This document shows positions 51,257 to 60,315 of a stretch of 64,000 nt of DNA, one piece after another. Made by a program: the position numbers and the translations under genes. The notes beneath the pieces were generated by a model, which was given only the letters and a program-made list of their open reading frames with translations, was not told the DNA's origin and searched no databases. Where the stretch lies: assembly GCF_056746865.1 (NCBI RefSeq), contig NZ_CM163382.1. One strand, written 5' to 3'. How positions within the stretch are numbered: position 1 is the stretch's first letter; each line of letters begins with the position of its first letter.

Positions 51257-51965
51257 AAATGCGCCTATAAGGCTCTCTTACCAGCCGCGCCCTAACAGGC
51301 GCACACGATCTGACATTTGCATCCAACTTCGTTACTTACGGCCCGTAAACGGGCTGCCCGGATAGGGAATCGATAACTGCTCTCCCATTTTATCCTCTTC
51401 AAGCTGGTGCTTTATGTAATCCTGTATCTTCGCCGTGTTCTTACCCACCGTATCGACGTAGTACCCTCTGCACCAGAACTCCCTGTTCCTGTATTTGAAT
51501 TTCAAATCACCAAACTGCTCGTAAAGCATCAGACTGCTTTTCCCTTTCAGATATCCCATAAAGCCGGATACGCTCATTTTGGGCGGGATCTCCACAAGCA
51601 TATGGATATGATCTGCACAGCATTCAGCTTCCAGAATCCGTACACTTTTCCACTCACACAGCTTTCTCAAAATACTGCCTATTGCTCTACGCTTCTCTCT
51701 GTAGAACACCTGTCTTCGGTATTTTGGCGCAAATACTATGTGATATTTACAGTTCCATCGGGTGTGCGCTAAGCTCTTTTCGTTCCCCATTGGGACCCCC
51801 TTTTGATTTCTTGTTTGACACTTGCAGTTGCCAGACCGCAAGGTGTTTTAACAAATCAAAAGGGGTTTTAATAACTGGCTTAAAGCTGAAAGCTTTCCGG
51901 AACCCCCAGCCTAGCTGGGGGTTTTCTGTGCACAAAAATGCCCGGTTGTGAAAAGCAACCGGGCA
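51257..51965 (-). mobile_element. IS200-family insertion sequence (boundaries approximate, inferred from typical IS200 geometry)
   Basis: Contains IS200-type tnpA plus characteristic upstream structures: inverted repeat around the RBS (CCCCTTTTGATTTCTTGTTTGACA...TTAACAAATCAAAAGGGG, about 51795-51870) and hairpin AACCCCCAGC-CTAGC-TGGGGGTT (about 51900-51925). Confidence 0.7.
51332..51790 (-). CDS. tnpA: IS200/IS605-family Y1 (HUH) transposase TnpA
   Basis: ORF 51332..51841; ATG at 51790 gives MGNEKSLAHTRWNCKYHIVFAPKYRRQVFY...HIHMLVEIPPK...YYVDTVG; HUH motif HIH and catalytic Tyr region; 152 aa; near-identical to canonical IS200 TnpA as recalled. Confidence 0.9.
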   Translation of the reverse strand: MGNEKSLAHTRWNCKYHIVFAPKYRRQVFYREKRRAIGSILRKLCEWKSVRILEAECCADHIHMLVEIPPKMSVSGFMGYLKGKSSLMLYEQFGDLKFKYRNREFWCRGYYVDTVGKNTAKIQDYIKHQLEEDKMGEQLSIPYPGSPFTGRK

Positions 51966-51974
51966 TCATTGTGA

Positions 51975-52200
51975 ATTCACTCTTACCTGATGTGGCGAAA
52001 ACGCCTTATCCGCCTACAAACGCATGAAGATTCAACATGTTGCAATAGATTTTGTAGGCCTGATAAGCGTAGCGCATCAGGCATTGAGCACCTAATGCCG
52101 GATGCGTCGTGAACGCCTTATCCGGCCTACAAACGCACGAAGATTCAACATGTTGCAATAGATTTTGTAGGCCTGATGAGCGTAGCGCATCAGGCAATTC
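51975..52200. repeat. Duplicated REP/BIME block (two direct copies of about 115 bp)
   Basis: ACGCCTTATCCG(G)CCTACAAACGCA(T/C)GAAGATTCAACATGTTGCAATAGATTTTGTAGGCCTGAT(A/G)AGCGTAGCGCATCAGGCA occurs twice in tandem (about 51990-52075 and 52110-52195). Confidence 0.75.
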
Positions 52201-52204
52201 TACT

Positions 52205-52630
52205 TTACTTCGCTTTGGCGGTTTCTTCGCCGACCAGACCTATCTTCAGGTAACCCGCCTGATGCAGCGTATCCATTACCTTCATCAACGTCTCGTAATC
52301 GACGGTTTTGTCCGCTCGGAAGAAGATGGTGGTGTCTTTCTTGCCTTCGGTTAACGCATTCAACGCCGTAATCATTGTTTCATCGGTGACCGGATCGTTA
52401 CCGATAAACATCGAGTTGTCTGCCTTCACCGACAGATAAACCGGTTTTTCCGGGCGCGGCTGCGGCGTGCTGGTAGAAGCAGGCAAGTTCACCTTCACAT
52501 CTACCGTCGCTAACGGTGCCGCCACCATAAAGATAATCAGCAGAACCAACATCACGTCGATAAACGGCGTCACGTTGATATCATGCATTTCGCCGTTATC
52601 GTCGAGGTTTTCGTTAAGATGCATTGCCAT
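52205..52630 (-). CDS. exbD: TonB-system energising protein ExbD
   Basis: 141 aa MAMHLNENLDDNGEMHDINVTPFIDVMLVLLIIFMVAAPL. Confidence 0.92.
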   Translation of the reverse strand: MAMHLNENLDDNGEMHDINVTPFIDVMLVLLIIFMVAAPLATVDVKVNLPASTSTPQPRPEKPVYLSVKADNSMFIGNDPVTDETMITALNALTEGKKDTTIFFRADKTVDYETLMKVMDTLHQAGYLKIGLVGEETAKAK

Positions 52631-52636
52631 CGGATA

Positions 52637-53371
52637 TTATCCTGCGCGTAATTTTTGTGCGACACGAACCGGATGCGCAGCGGCGCTGGCTTCCAGATCC
52701 AGGTCACGGCTTTGCAGCAACAATACCTGCGCTGCAACATCACCCAGCATCGCTTTAAAGCCGCCAATCTGGCGTGCAAATACGTTATAGATAACGACCG
52801 CAGGAATCGCTGCCACGAGGCCGATTGCCGTTGCTAACAGAGCTTCTGCGATACCCGGCGCAACGACTGCCAGGTTAGTGGTCTGCGTTTGCGCGATACC
52901 AATAAAGCTGTTCATGATGCCCCAGACCGTACCAAACAGACCAACGAACGGAGAAATCGCGCCGATGGTTGCCAGATAGCCGTTACCGCGGCCCATTTGA
53001 CGACCCACTGCGGCGACCCGACGCTCCAGACGGAAGCTGGTACGTTCTTTAATACCTTCGTTATCGTCGCTGCCTTCTGACAGTTCCAGCTCATTCTGCG
53101 CTTCATTGAGCAAATGCAGGCTTAAGCTTTTGCTACCAAAATCAGCGGCGATATCGTTGGCCTGGTTTAAGGAACGCGCTTCAGCCAGCAGTTGCTGCTC
53201 GCGCTTAAGGCGACGCTTCTGATTGAAGAACTCTACGCTCTTACTGAAGAAGATTGCCCAGGTGACTACGGAGGCCAAAATAAGCCCAATCATCACGCAC
53301 TTAACGACAATATCGGCGTGCTGATACATACCCCAGACGGAAAGGTCCGTCTGCATTAAATTATTACCCAC
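52637..53371 (-). CDS. exbB: TonB-system proton channel ExbB
   Basis: 244-aa MotA/TolQ/ExbB-family membrane ORF directly upstream of exbD. Confidence 0.92.
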   Translation of the reverse strand: MGNNLMQTDLSVWGMYQHADIVVKCVMIGLILASVVTWAIFFSKSVEFFNQKRRLKREQQLLAEARSLNQANDIAADFGSKSLSLHLLNEAQNELELSEGSDDNEGIKERTSFRLERRVAAVGRQMGRGNGYLATIGAISPFVGLFGTVWGIMNSFIGIAQTQTTNLAVVAPGIAEALLATAIGLVAAIPAVVIYNVFARQIGGFKAMLGDVAAQVLLLQSRDLDLEASAAAHPVRVAQKLRAG

Positions 53372-53399
53372 TGTGTATCTCCAGGACGCAAGTCACAAA

Positions 53400-53460
53400 A
53401 TCTGCGCATAATAATATCAAAACGACGTCGAATTGATAGTCGTTCTCATTACTATTTGCA
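53400..53460 (-). promoter_or_regulatory. Putative exbB promoter with Fur-box-like sequence
   Basis: Minus-strand AATAGTAATGAGAACGACTATCAATT and TTTTGATATTATTATGCG resemble GATAAT-type Fur hexamer arrays; exbBD is iron-regulated. Match judged by eye only. Confidence 0.35.
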
Positions 53461-53622
53461 TACTGCCGTACCTTTGCTTTCTTTTCCTTGCGTTTACGCA
53501 GTAAAAAAGTCACCAGCACGCCATTTGCGAAAATTTTCTGCTTTATGCCAATTCTTCAGGATGCGCCCGCGAATATTCATGCTAGTTTAGACATCCAGAC
53601 GTATAAAAACAGGAATCCCGAC

Positions 53623-54810
53623 ATGGCGGACAAAAAGCTTGATACTCAACTGGTGAATGCAGGACGCAGCAAAAAATACACTCTCGGCGCGGTAAATAGC
53701 GTGATTCAGCGCGCTTCTTCGCTGGTCTTTGACAGTGTAGAAGCCAAAAAACACGCGACACGTAATCGCGCCAATGGAGAGTTGTTCTATGGACGGCGCG
53801 GAACGTTAACCCATTTCTCCTTACAACAAGCGATGTGTGAACTGGAAGGTGGCGCAGGCTGCGTGCTATTTCCCTGCGGGGCGGCAGCGGTTGCTAATTC
53901 CATTCTTGCTTTTATCGAACAGGGCGATCATGTGTTGATGACCAACACCGCCTATGAACCGAGTCAGGATTTCTGTAGCAAAATCCTCAGCAAACTGGGC
54001 GTAACGACATCATGGTTTGATCCGCTGATTGGTGCCGATATCGTTAAGCATCTGCAGCCAAACACTAAAATCGTGTTTCTGGAATCGCCAGGCTCCATCA
54101 CCATGGAAGTCCACGACGTTCCGGCGATTGTTGCCGCCGTACGCAGTGTGGTGCCGGATGCCATCATTATGATCGACAACACCTGGGCAGCCGGTGTGCT
54201 GTTTAAGGCGCTGGATTTTGGCATCGATGTTTCTATTCAAGCCGCCACCAAATATCTGGTTGGGCATTCAGATGCGATGATTGGCACTGCCGTGTGCAAT
54301 GCCCGTTGCTGGGAGCAGCTACGGGAAAATGCCTATCTGATGGGCCAGATGGTCGATGCCGATACCGCCTATATAACCAGCCGTGGCCTGCGCACATTAG
54401 GTGTGCGTTTGCGTCAACATCATGAAAGCAGTCTGAAAGTGGCTGAATGGCTGGCAGAACATCCGCAAGTTGCGCGAGTTAACCACCCTGCTCTGCCTGG
54501 CAGTAAAGGTCACGAATTCTGGAAACGAGACTTTACAGGCAGCAGCGGGCTATTTTCCTTTGTGCTTAAGAAAAAACTCAATAATGAAGAGCTGGCGAAC
54601 TATCTGGATAACTTCAGTTTATTCAGCATGGCCTACTCGTGGGGCGGGTATGAATCGTTGATCCTGGCAAATCAACCAGAACATATCGCCGCCATTCGCC
54701 CACAAGGCGAGATCGATTTTAGCGGGACCTTGATTCGCCTGCATATTGGTCTGGAAGATGTCGACGATCTGATTGCCGATCTGGACGCCGGTTTTGCGCG
54801 AATTGTATAA
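53623..54810 (+). CDS. metC: Cystathionine beta-lyase
   Basis: ORF 53488..54810; ATG at 53623 gives [23 protein letters not shown] fold, Lys in [11 protein letters not shown]; 395 aa. Confidence 0.9.
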   Translation: MADKKLDTQLVNAGRSKKYTLGAVNSVIQRASSLVFDSVEAKKHATRNRANGELFYGRRGTLTHFSLQQAMCELEGGAGCVLFPCGAAAVANSILAFIEQGDHVLMTNTAYEPSQDFCSKILSKLGVTTSWFDPLIGADIVKHLQPNTKIVFLESPGSITMEVHDVPAIVAAVRSVVPDAIIMIDNTWAAGVLFKALDFGIDVSIQAATKYLVGHSDAMIGTAVCNARCWEQLRENAYLMGQMVDADTAYITSRGLRTLGVRLRQHHESSLKVAEWLAEHPQVARVNHPALPGSKGHEFWKRDFTGSSGLFSFVLKKKLNNEELANYLDNFSLFSMAYSWGGYESLILANQPEHIAAIRPQGEIDFSGTLIRLHIGLEDVDDLIADLDAGFARIV

Positions 54811-54949
54811 CATTGCCACTTTTGGACAATTTTGCAGACATTTTATTGTGAAAAGTCTTAAATTGTTGCGTCCGGGATCAAGGCGTCCCGGACGATTCAG
54901 GAGTACAATAGGCAGATAAAGGCTTAAACGCTGTTCCACAGGAAAGTCC

Positions 54950-55609
54950 ATGGCTGTTATTCAAGATATCATCGCTGCGCTCTGGCAACACGACTTTGCC
55001 GCGCTGGCGGATCCTCATATTGTTAGCGTTGTTTACTTTGTCATGTTTGCCACGCTGTTTTTAGAAAACGGCCTGCTGCCCGCCTCATTTTTGCCAGGCG
55101 ACAGCTTGTTGATACTGGCAGGCGCATTGATTGCCCAGGGGGTTATGGATTTTCTGCCTACGATTGCGATTCTGACCGCCGCAGCAAGTCTGGGCTGCTG
55201 GCTAAGTTATATTCAGGGGCGCTGGTTAGGGAATACCAAAACGGTGAAAGGCTGGCTGGCACAGCTTCCTGCTAAATATCACCAGCGCGCCACCTGCATG
55301 TTTGACCGCCACGGTCTGCTGGCGCTGCTGGCTGGACGTTTTCTTGCATTTGTCCGTACGCTGCTGCCAACCATGGCGGGAATTTCCGGTCTGCCAAACC
55401 GCCGCTTCCAGTTTTTCAACTGGTTAAGTGGATTGCTGTGGGTCAGCGTGGTAACCAGTTTTGGCTATGCCTTAAGTATGATTCCGTTCGTTAAACGCCA
55501 TGAAGATCAGGTAATGACGTTCCTGATGATCCTGCCAATTGCCTTGTTAACCGCTGGCTTGTTAGGCACGCTGTTTGTGGTGATTAAAAAAAAATACTGT
55601 AACGCCTGA
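54950..55609 (+). CDS. yghB: DedA-family inner membrane protein
   Basis: 219-aa membrane protein [54 protein letters not shown] (DedA signature). Confidence 0.85.
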
Positions 55610-55616
55610 CGATTTT

Positions 55617-55649
55617 CCCCGTTCCCGGTTGCTGTACCGGGAACGTATT
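55617..55649. terminator. Bidirectional terminator between yghB and yqhC
   Basis: GTTCCCGGT-TGCTGT-ACCGGGAAC stem-loop followed by TATTT, between convergent stops. Confidence 0.55.
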
Positions 55650-56605
55650 TAATTCCCCTGCATCGCCCGCATTCTTGCCGCATCTTCCCCCGGCGTCACA
55701 CCGAAGTAACGTTTAAACTCACGGCTAAATTGCGATGCGCTTTCATAGCCGACGCGCATCGCTGCTGCGCTGGCCTTCATGCCGTCATGGATGATCATCA
55801 TCCGCGCCTTATGCAGACGGTAATTCTTCAAATACTGCAACGGCGAGGTACTGGTGACAGACTTAAAATTATGGTGGAACGCCGATACGCTCATGTTGGC
55901 TTCTGCCGCCAGTTGCTCGACGCTCAGGTTTTCGGTGTATTTATTCTCAATCCGTTTCAGCACGCGGCTAATCAGACTGAAGTGAGTCTGGCGACTGACC
56001 AGCGCCAGTAACGCGCCGCCGCAAGGTCCGGTCAGCACGTAGTACAGAATTTCGCGGATGATCTGTTTGCCGAGAATACGCGCATCCAGTGGTCGCTCCA
56101 TCACGTCGAGTAACCGCTCCGCCGCGCATAAAATCTCTTCTGATAACGTGGCGGAGTTAATCCCGCTGGCTGCCATCGACGGCTGGAAATGCTCATCTTC
56201 GCCAATGTCCATCAACAGTTCCTGTAACTGCAAAATATCGACATTGAGACGCAACCCTGCCAGCGGCACCTCTGACGTGGCATAGGTTTCGCACTCAAAC
56301 GGCAACGGCACCGTCAGCAGCAGGTATTCATTGGCATCATAACGAAACACGCGTTCATTGATATAACCGATTTTATGCCCGGAAAAGAGAATTATGATGC
56401 CAGGCTCGTACATCACCGGTGTACGTGCGAAAGGCGTCTCGCCATACAACAAACGCACATCGGGCAACAGTTCTGACAAACTATTTTCTTTATTTTTCAG
56501 TTTATTAACTTTATCCGCCAGCAAGCGGCAAATCTCTTCACGTTTCATATCGCGTAATTTCTTAGGAATAATGCGGCAATTTGATTGTGCGCAATTTTGT
56601 AGCAT
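55649..56605 (-). CDS. yqhC: AraC/XylS-family transcriptional activator
   Basis: ORF 55649..56776; ATG at 56605 gives [16 protein letters not shown]...; C-terminal AraC HTH; 318 aa. Confidence 0.85.
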   Translation of the reverse strand: MLQNCAQSNCRIIPKKLRDMKREEICRLLADKVNKLKNKENSLSELLPDVRLLYGETPFARTPVMYEPGIIILFSGHKIGYINERVFRYDANEYLLLTVPLPFECETYATSEVPLAGLRLNVDILQLQELLMDIGEDEHFQPSMAASGINSATLSEEILCAAERLLDVMERPLDARILGKQIIREILYYVLTGPCGGALLALVSRQTHFSLISRVLKRIENKYTENLSVEQLAAEANMSVSAFHHNFKSVTSTSPLQYLKNYRLHKARMMIIHDGMKASAAAMRVGYESASQFSREFKRYFGVTPGEDAARMRAMQGN

Positions 56606-56741
56606 TTCTCCAGCACTCTGGAGAAATAGGCAAGACATTGGCAGAAATGAGCATTGAGAGCCAGGGCGCTGGCGATCACAATGAAAAACATCAGGCAGAT
56701 CGTTCTCTGCCCTCATATTGGCCCAGCAAAGGGAGCAAGTA
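56606..56741. promoter_or_regulatory. Divergent yqhC / yqhD-dkgA control region
   Basis: 136-bp intergenic region between divergent starts; contains the yqhD promoter and presumably the YqhC site; not resolved by eye. Confidence 0.4.
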
Positions 56742-57905
56742 ATGAACAACTTTAATCTGCACACCCCAACCCGCATTCTGTTTGGTAAAGGCGCAATCGC
56801 TGGTTTACGCGAACAAATTCCTCACGATGCTCGCGTATTGATTACCTACGGCGGCGGCAGCGTGAAAAAAACCGGCGTTCTCGATCAAGTTCTGGATGCC
56901 CTGAAAGGCATGGACGTGCTGGAATTTGGCGGTATTGAGCCAAACCCGGCTTATGAAACGCTGATGAACGCCGTGAAACTGGTTCGCGAACAGAAAGTGA
57001 CTTTCCTGCTGGCGGTTGGCGGCGGTTCTGTACTGGACGGCACCAAATTTATCGCCGCAGCGGCTAACTATCCGGAAAATATCGATCCGTGGCACATTCT
57101 GCAAACGGGCGGTAAAGAGATTAAAAGCGCCATCCCGATGGGCTGTGTGCTGACGCTGCCAGCAACCGGTTCAGAATCCAACGCAGGCGCGGTGATCTCC
57201 CGTAAAACCACAGGCGACAAGCAGGCGTTCCATTCTGCCCATGTTCAGCCGGTATTTGCCGTGCTCGATCCGGTTTATACCTACACCCTGCCGCCGCGTC
57301 AGGTGGCTAACGGCGTAGTGGACGCCTTTGTACACACCGTGGAACAGTATGTTACCAAACCGGTTGATGCCAAAATTCAGGACCGTTTCGCAGAAGGCAT
57401 TTTGCTGACGCTAATCGAAGATGGTCCGAAAGCCCTGAAAGAGCCAGAAAACTACGATGTGCGCGCCAACGTCATGTGGGCGGCGACTCAGGCGCTGAAC
57501 GGTTTGATTGGCGCTGGCGTACCGCAGGACTGGGCAACGCATATGCTGGGCCACGAACTGACTGCGATGCACGGTCTGGATCACGCGCAAACACTGGCTA
57601 TCGTCCTGCCTGCACTGTGGAATGAAAAACGCGATACCAAGCGCGCTAAGCTGCTGCAATATGCTGAACGCGTCTGGAACATCACTGAAGGTTCCGATGA
57701 TGAGCGTATTAACGCCGCGATTGCCGCAACCCGCAATTTCTTTGAGCAATTAGGCGTGCCGACCCACCTCTCCGACTACGGTCTGGACGGCAGCTCCATC
57801 CCGGCTTTGCTGAAAAAACTGGAAGAGCACGGCATGACCCAACTGGGCGAAAATCATGACATTACGTTGGATGTCAGCCGCCGTATATACGAAGCCGCCC
57901 GCTAA
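56742..57905 (+). CDS. yqhD: NADPH-dependent aldehyde reductase (iron-containing alcohol dehydrogenase family)
   Basis: ORF 56718..57905; ATG at 56742 gives [22 protein letters not shown]; 387 aa. Confidence 0.92.
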   Translation: MNNFNLHTPTRILFGKGAIAGLREQIPHDARVLITYGGGSVKKTGVLDQVLDALKGMDVLEFGGIEPNPAYETLMNAVKLVREQKVTFLLAVGGGSVLDGTKFIAAAANYPENIDPWHILQTGGKEIKSAIPMGCVLTLPATGSESNAGAVISRKTTGDKQAFHSAHVQPVFAVLDPVYTYTLPPRQVANGVVDAFVHTVEQYVTKPVDAKIQDRFAEGILLTLIEDGPKALKEPENYDVRANVMWAATQALNGLIGAGVPQDWATHMLGHELTAMHGLDHAQTLAIVLPALWNEKRDTKRAKLLQYAERVWNITEGSDDERINAAIAATRNFFEQLGVPTHLSDYGLDGSSIPALLKKLEEHGMTQLGENHDITLDVSRRIYEAAR

Positions 57906-58009
57906 GCTTTTTACGCCTCAAACTTTCGTTTTCGGGCATTTCGTCCAGACTTAAGTTCACAACACCTCACCGGAGCCTGCTCCGGTGAGTTCATATAAAG
58001 GAGGAACGT

Positions 58010-58837
58010 ATGGCTAATCCAACCGTTATTAAGCTACAGGATGGCAATGTCATGCCCCAGCTGGGACTGGGCGTCTGGCAAGCAAGTAATGAGGAAGTAA
58101 TCACCGCCATTCAAAAAGCGTTAGAAGTGGGTTATCGCTCGATTGATACCGCCGCGGCCTACAAGAACGAAGAAGGTGTCGGCAAAGCCCTGAAAAATGC
58201 CTCAGTCAACAGAGAAGAACTGTTCATCACCACTAAGCTGTGGAACGACGACCACAAGCGCCCCCGCGAAGCCCTGCTCGACAGCCTGAAAAAACTCCAG
58301 CTTGATTATATCGACCTCTACTTAATGCACTGGCCCGTTCCCGCTATCGACCATTATGTCGAAGCATGGAAAGGCATGATCGAATTGCAAAAAGAGGGAT
58401 TAATCAAAAGCATCGGCGTGTGCAACTTCCAGATCCATCACCTGCAACGCCTGATTGATGAAACTGGCGTGACGCCTGTGATAAACCAGATCGAACTTCA
58501 TCCGCTGATGCAACAACGCCAGCTACACGCCTGGAACGCGACACACAAAATCCAGACCGAATCCTGGAGCCCATTAGCGCAAGGAGGGAAAGGCGTTTTC
58601 GATCAGAAAGTCATTCGCGATCTGGCAGATAAATACGGCAAAACCCCGGCGCAGATTGTTATCCGCTGGCATCTGGATAGCGGCCTGGTGGTGATCCCGA
58701 AATCGGTCACACCTTCACGTATTGCCGAAAACTTTGATGTCTGGGATTTCCGTCTCGACAAAGACGAACTCGGCGAAATTGCAAAACTCGATCAGGGCAA
58801 GCGTCTCGGTCCCGATCCTGACCAGTTCGGCGGCTAA
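58010..58837 (+). CDS. dkgA: 2,5-diketo-D-gluconate / methylglyoxal reductase (aldo-keto reductase)
   Basis: 275 aa MANPTVIKLQDGNVMPQLGLGVWQASNEEV; AKR family; RBS AAAGGAGG upstream. Confidence 0.92.
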   Translation: MANPTVIKLQDGNVMPQLGLGVWQASNEEVITAIQKALEVGYRSIDTAAAYKNEEGVGKALKNASVNREELFITTKLWNDDHKRPREALLDSLKKLQLDYIDLYLMHWPVPAIDHYVEAWKGMIELQKEGLIKSIGVCNFQIHHLQRLIDETGVTPVINQIELHPLMQQRQLHAWNATHKIQTESWSPLAQGGKGVFDQKVIRDLADKYGKTPAQIVIRWHLDSGLVVIPKSVTPSRIAENFDVWDFRLDKDELGEIAKLDQGKRLGPDPDQFGG

Positions 58838-59036
58838 CATGCAAATTCTCCCGGTGGCGGTAATGTTCCGCTACCGGACTTTTCAGAAATCATTTATTCC
58901 CCTCGCGTCCCGCCCGTTGTTACTCTTCCTTGTTCAGGAATGCCAAATATAAGGACATCATCATGCAGAGCCGGAAGCTCTTAAAAGAACAACTCATCTA
59001 TATCCGGGATAAACGCAACGGAGAGGTGAAAAACAG

Positions 59037-59963
59037 ATGAAAATAATACTTCTGTTTTTAGCAGCCCTGGCAAGTTTTACCGTACACGCACAGCCCCCCT
59101 CACAGACCGTAGAACAAACAGTCCGGCATATTTATCAGAACTATAAATCAGATGCCACTGCCTCTTATTTTGGTGAAACCGGAGAGCGGGCGATAACTTC
59201 TGCGCGTATTCAACAGGCGCTTACCCTGAACGACAATCTTACGCTGCCGGGCAATATTGGCTGGCTGGATTATGATCCGGTTTGTGATTGTCAGGATTTT
59301 GGCGATCTGGTGCTAGAAAGCGTCGCGATAACCCAAACTGACGCCGATCATGCCGATGCCGTTGTGCGCTTTCGTATCTTTAAAGATGATAAAGAAAAGA
59401 CCACGCAGACACTGAAAATGGTGGCGGAAAATGGTCGTTGGGTCATTGACGATATTGTCAGCAATCATGGCAGCGTCTTACAAGCAGTTAATAGCGAGAA
59501 TGAAAAAACGCTGGCCGCTTTAGCTTCGTTGCAAAAAGAACAGCCGGAAGCCTTTGTTGCCGAACTCTTTGAACATATTGCTGATTATAGCTGGCCGTGG
59601 ACGTGGGTGGTTTCCGACTCTTACCGCCAGGCGGTTAATGCCTTCTATAAAACCACCTTCAAGACGGCCAATAATCCCGATGAAGATATGCAAATAGAAC
59701 GGCAATTTATTTACGACAATCCGATCTGTTTTGGCGAAGAGTCGCTATTTTCACGCGTTGATGAAATTCGAGTCCTGGAGAAAACCGCCGATTCCGCCCG
59801 CATTCATGTTCGTTTTACGCTGACCAATGGCAACAACGAAGAGCAAGAACTGGTTTTACAGCGGCGCGAAGGCAAGTGGGAAATCGCTGATTTTATCCGC
59901 CCGAACAGCGGCAGCCTACTTAAGCAGATTGAGGCAAAAACTGCCGCCAGATTAAAGCAATGA
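59037..59963 (+). CDS. yqhG: Periplasmic protein YqhG (signal peptide, DUF-type)
   Basis: 308 aa with signal peptide MKIILLFLAALASFTVHA. Confidence 0.75.
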   Translation: MKIILLFLAALASFTVHAQPPSQTVEQTVRHIYQNYKSDATASYFGETGERAITSARIQQALTLNDNLTLPGNIGWLDYDPVCDCQDFGDLVLESVAITQTDADHADAVVRFRIFKDDKEKTTQTLKMVAENGRWVIDDIVSNHGSVLQAVNSENEKTLAALASLQKEQPEAFVAELFEHIADYSWPWTWVVSDSYRQAVNAFYKTTFKTANNPDEDMQIERQFIYDNPICFGEESLFSRVDEIRVLEKTADSARIHVRFTLTNGNNEEQELVLQRREGKWEIADFIRPNSGSLLKQIEAKTAARLKQ

Positions 59964-60013
59964 GCTGAATTAAATAACAATTAGCCGGAACAATAAATAA
60001 AAGGGAACACTAT

Positions 60014-60271
60014 ATGAAAACGATTTTCACCGTGGGAGCTGTTGTTCTGGCAACCTGCTTGCTCAGTGGCTGCGTCAATGAGCAAAAGGTCAATCAGCTG
60101 GCGAGCAATGTGCAAACATTAAATGCCAAAATCGCCCGGCTTGAGCAGGATATGAAAGCACTACGCCCACAAATCTATGCTGCCAAATCCGAAGCTAACA
60201 GAGCCAATACGCGTCTTGATGCTCAGGACTATTTTGATTGCCTGCGCTGCTTGCGTATGTACGCAGAATGA
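60014..60271 (+). CDS. yqhH: Small Lpp-like outer-membrane lipoprotein
   Basis: 85 aa; lipobox LLSGC; coiled-coil region [25 protein letters not shown] closely parallels Braun lipoprotein. Confidence 0.8.
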
Positions 60272-60315
60272 TAAAAAAATCCCCGGTAGCGTGTCAGTTG
60301 CCGGGGATATTTTTT
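60272..60315. terminator. Bidirectional intrinsic terminator between yqhH and ygiQ
   Basis: A-run, stem ATCCCCGG...CCGGGGAT, then T-run (ATTTTTT). Confidence 0.65.
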
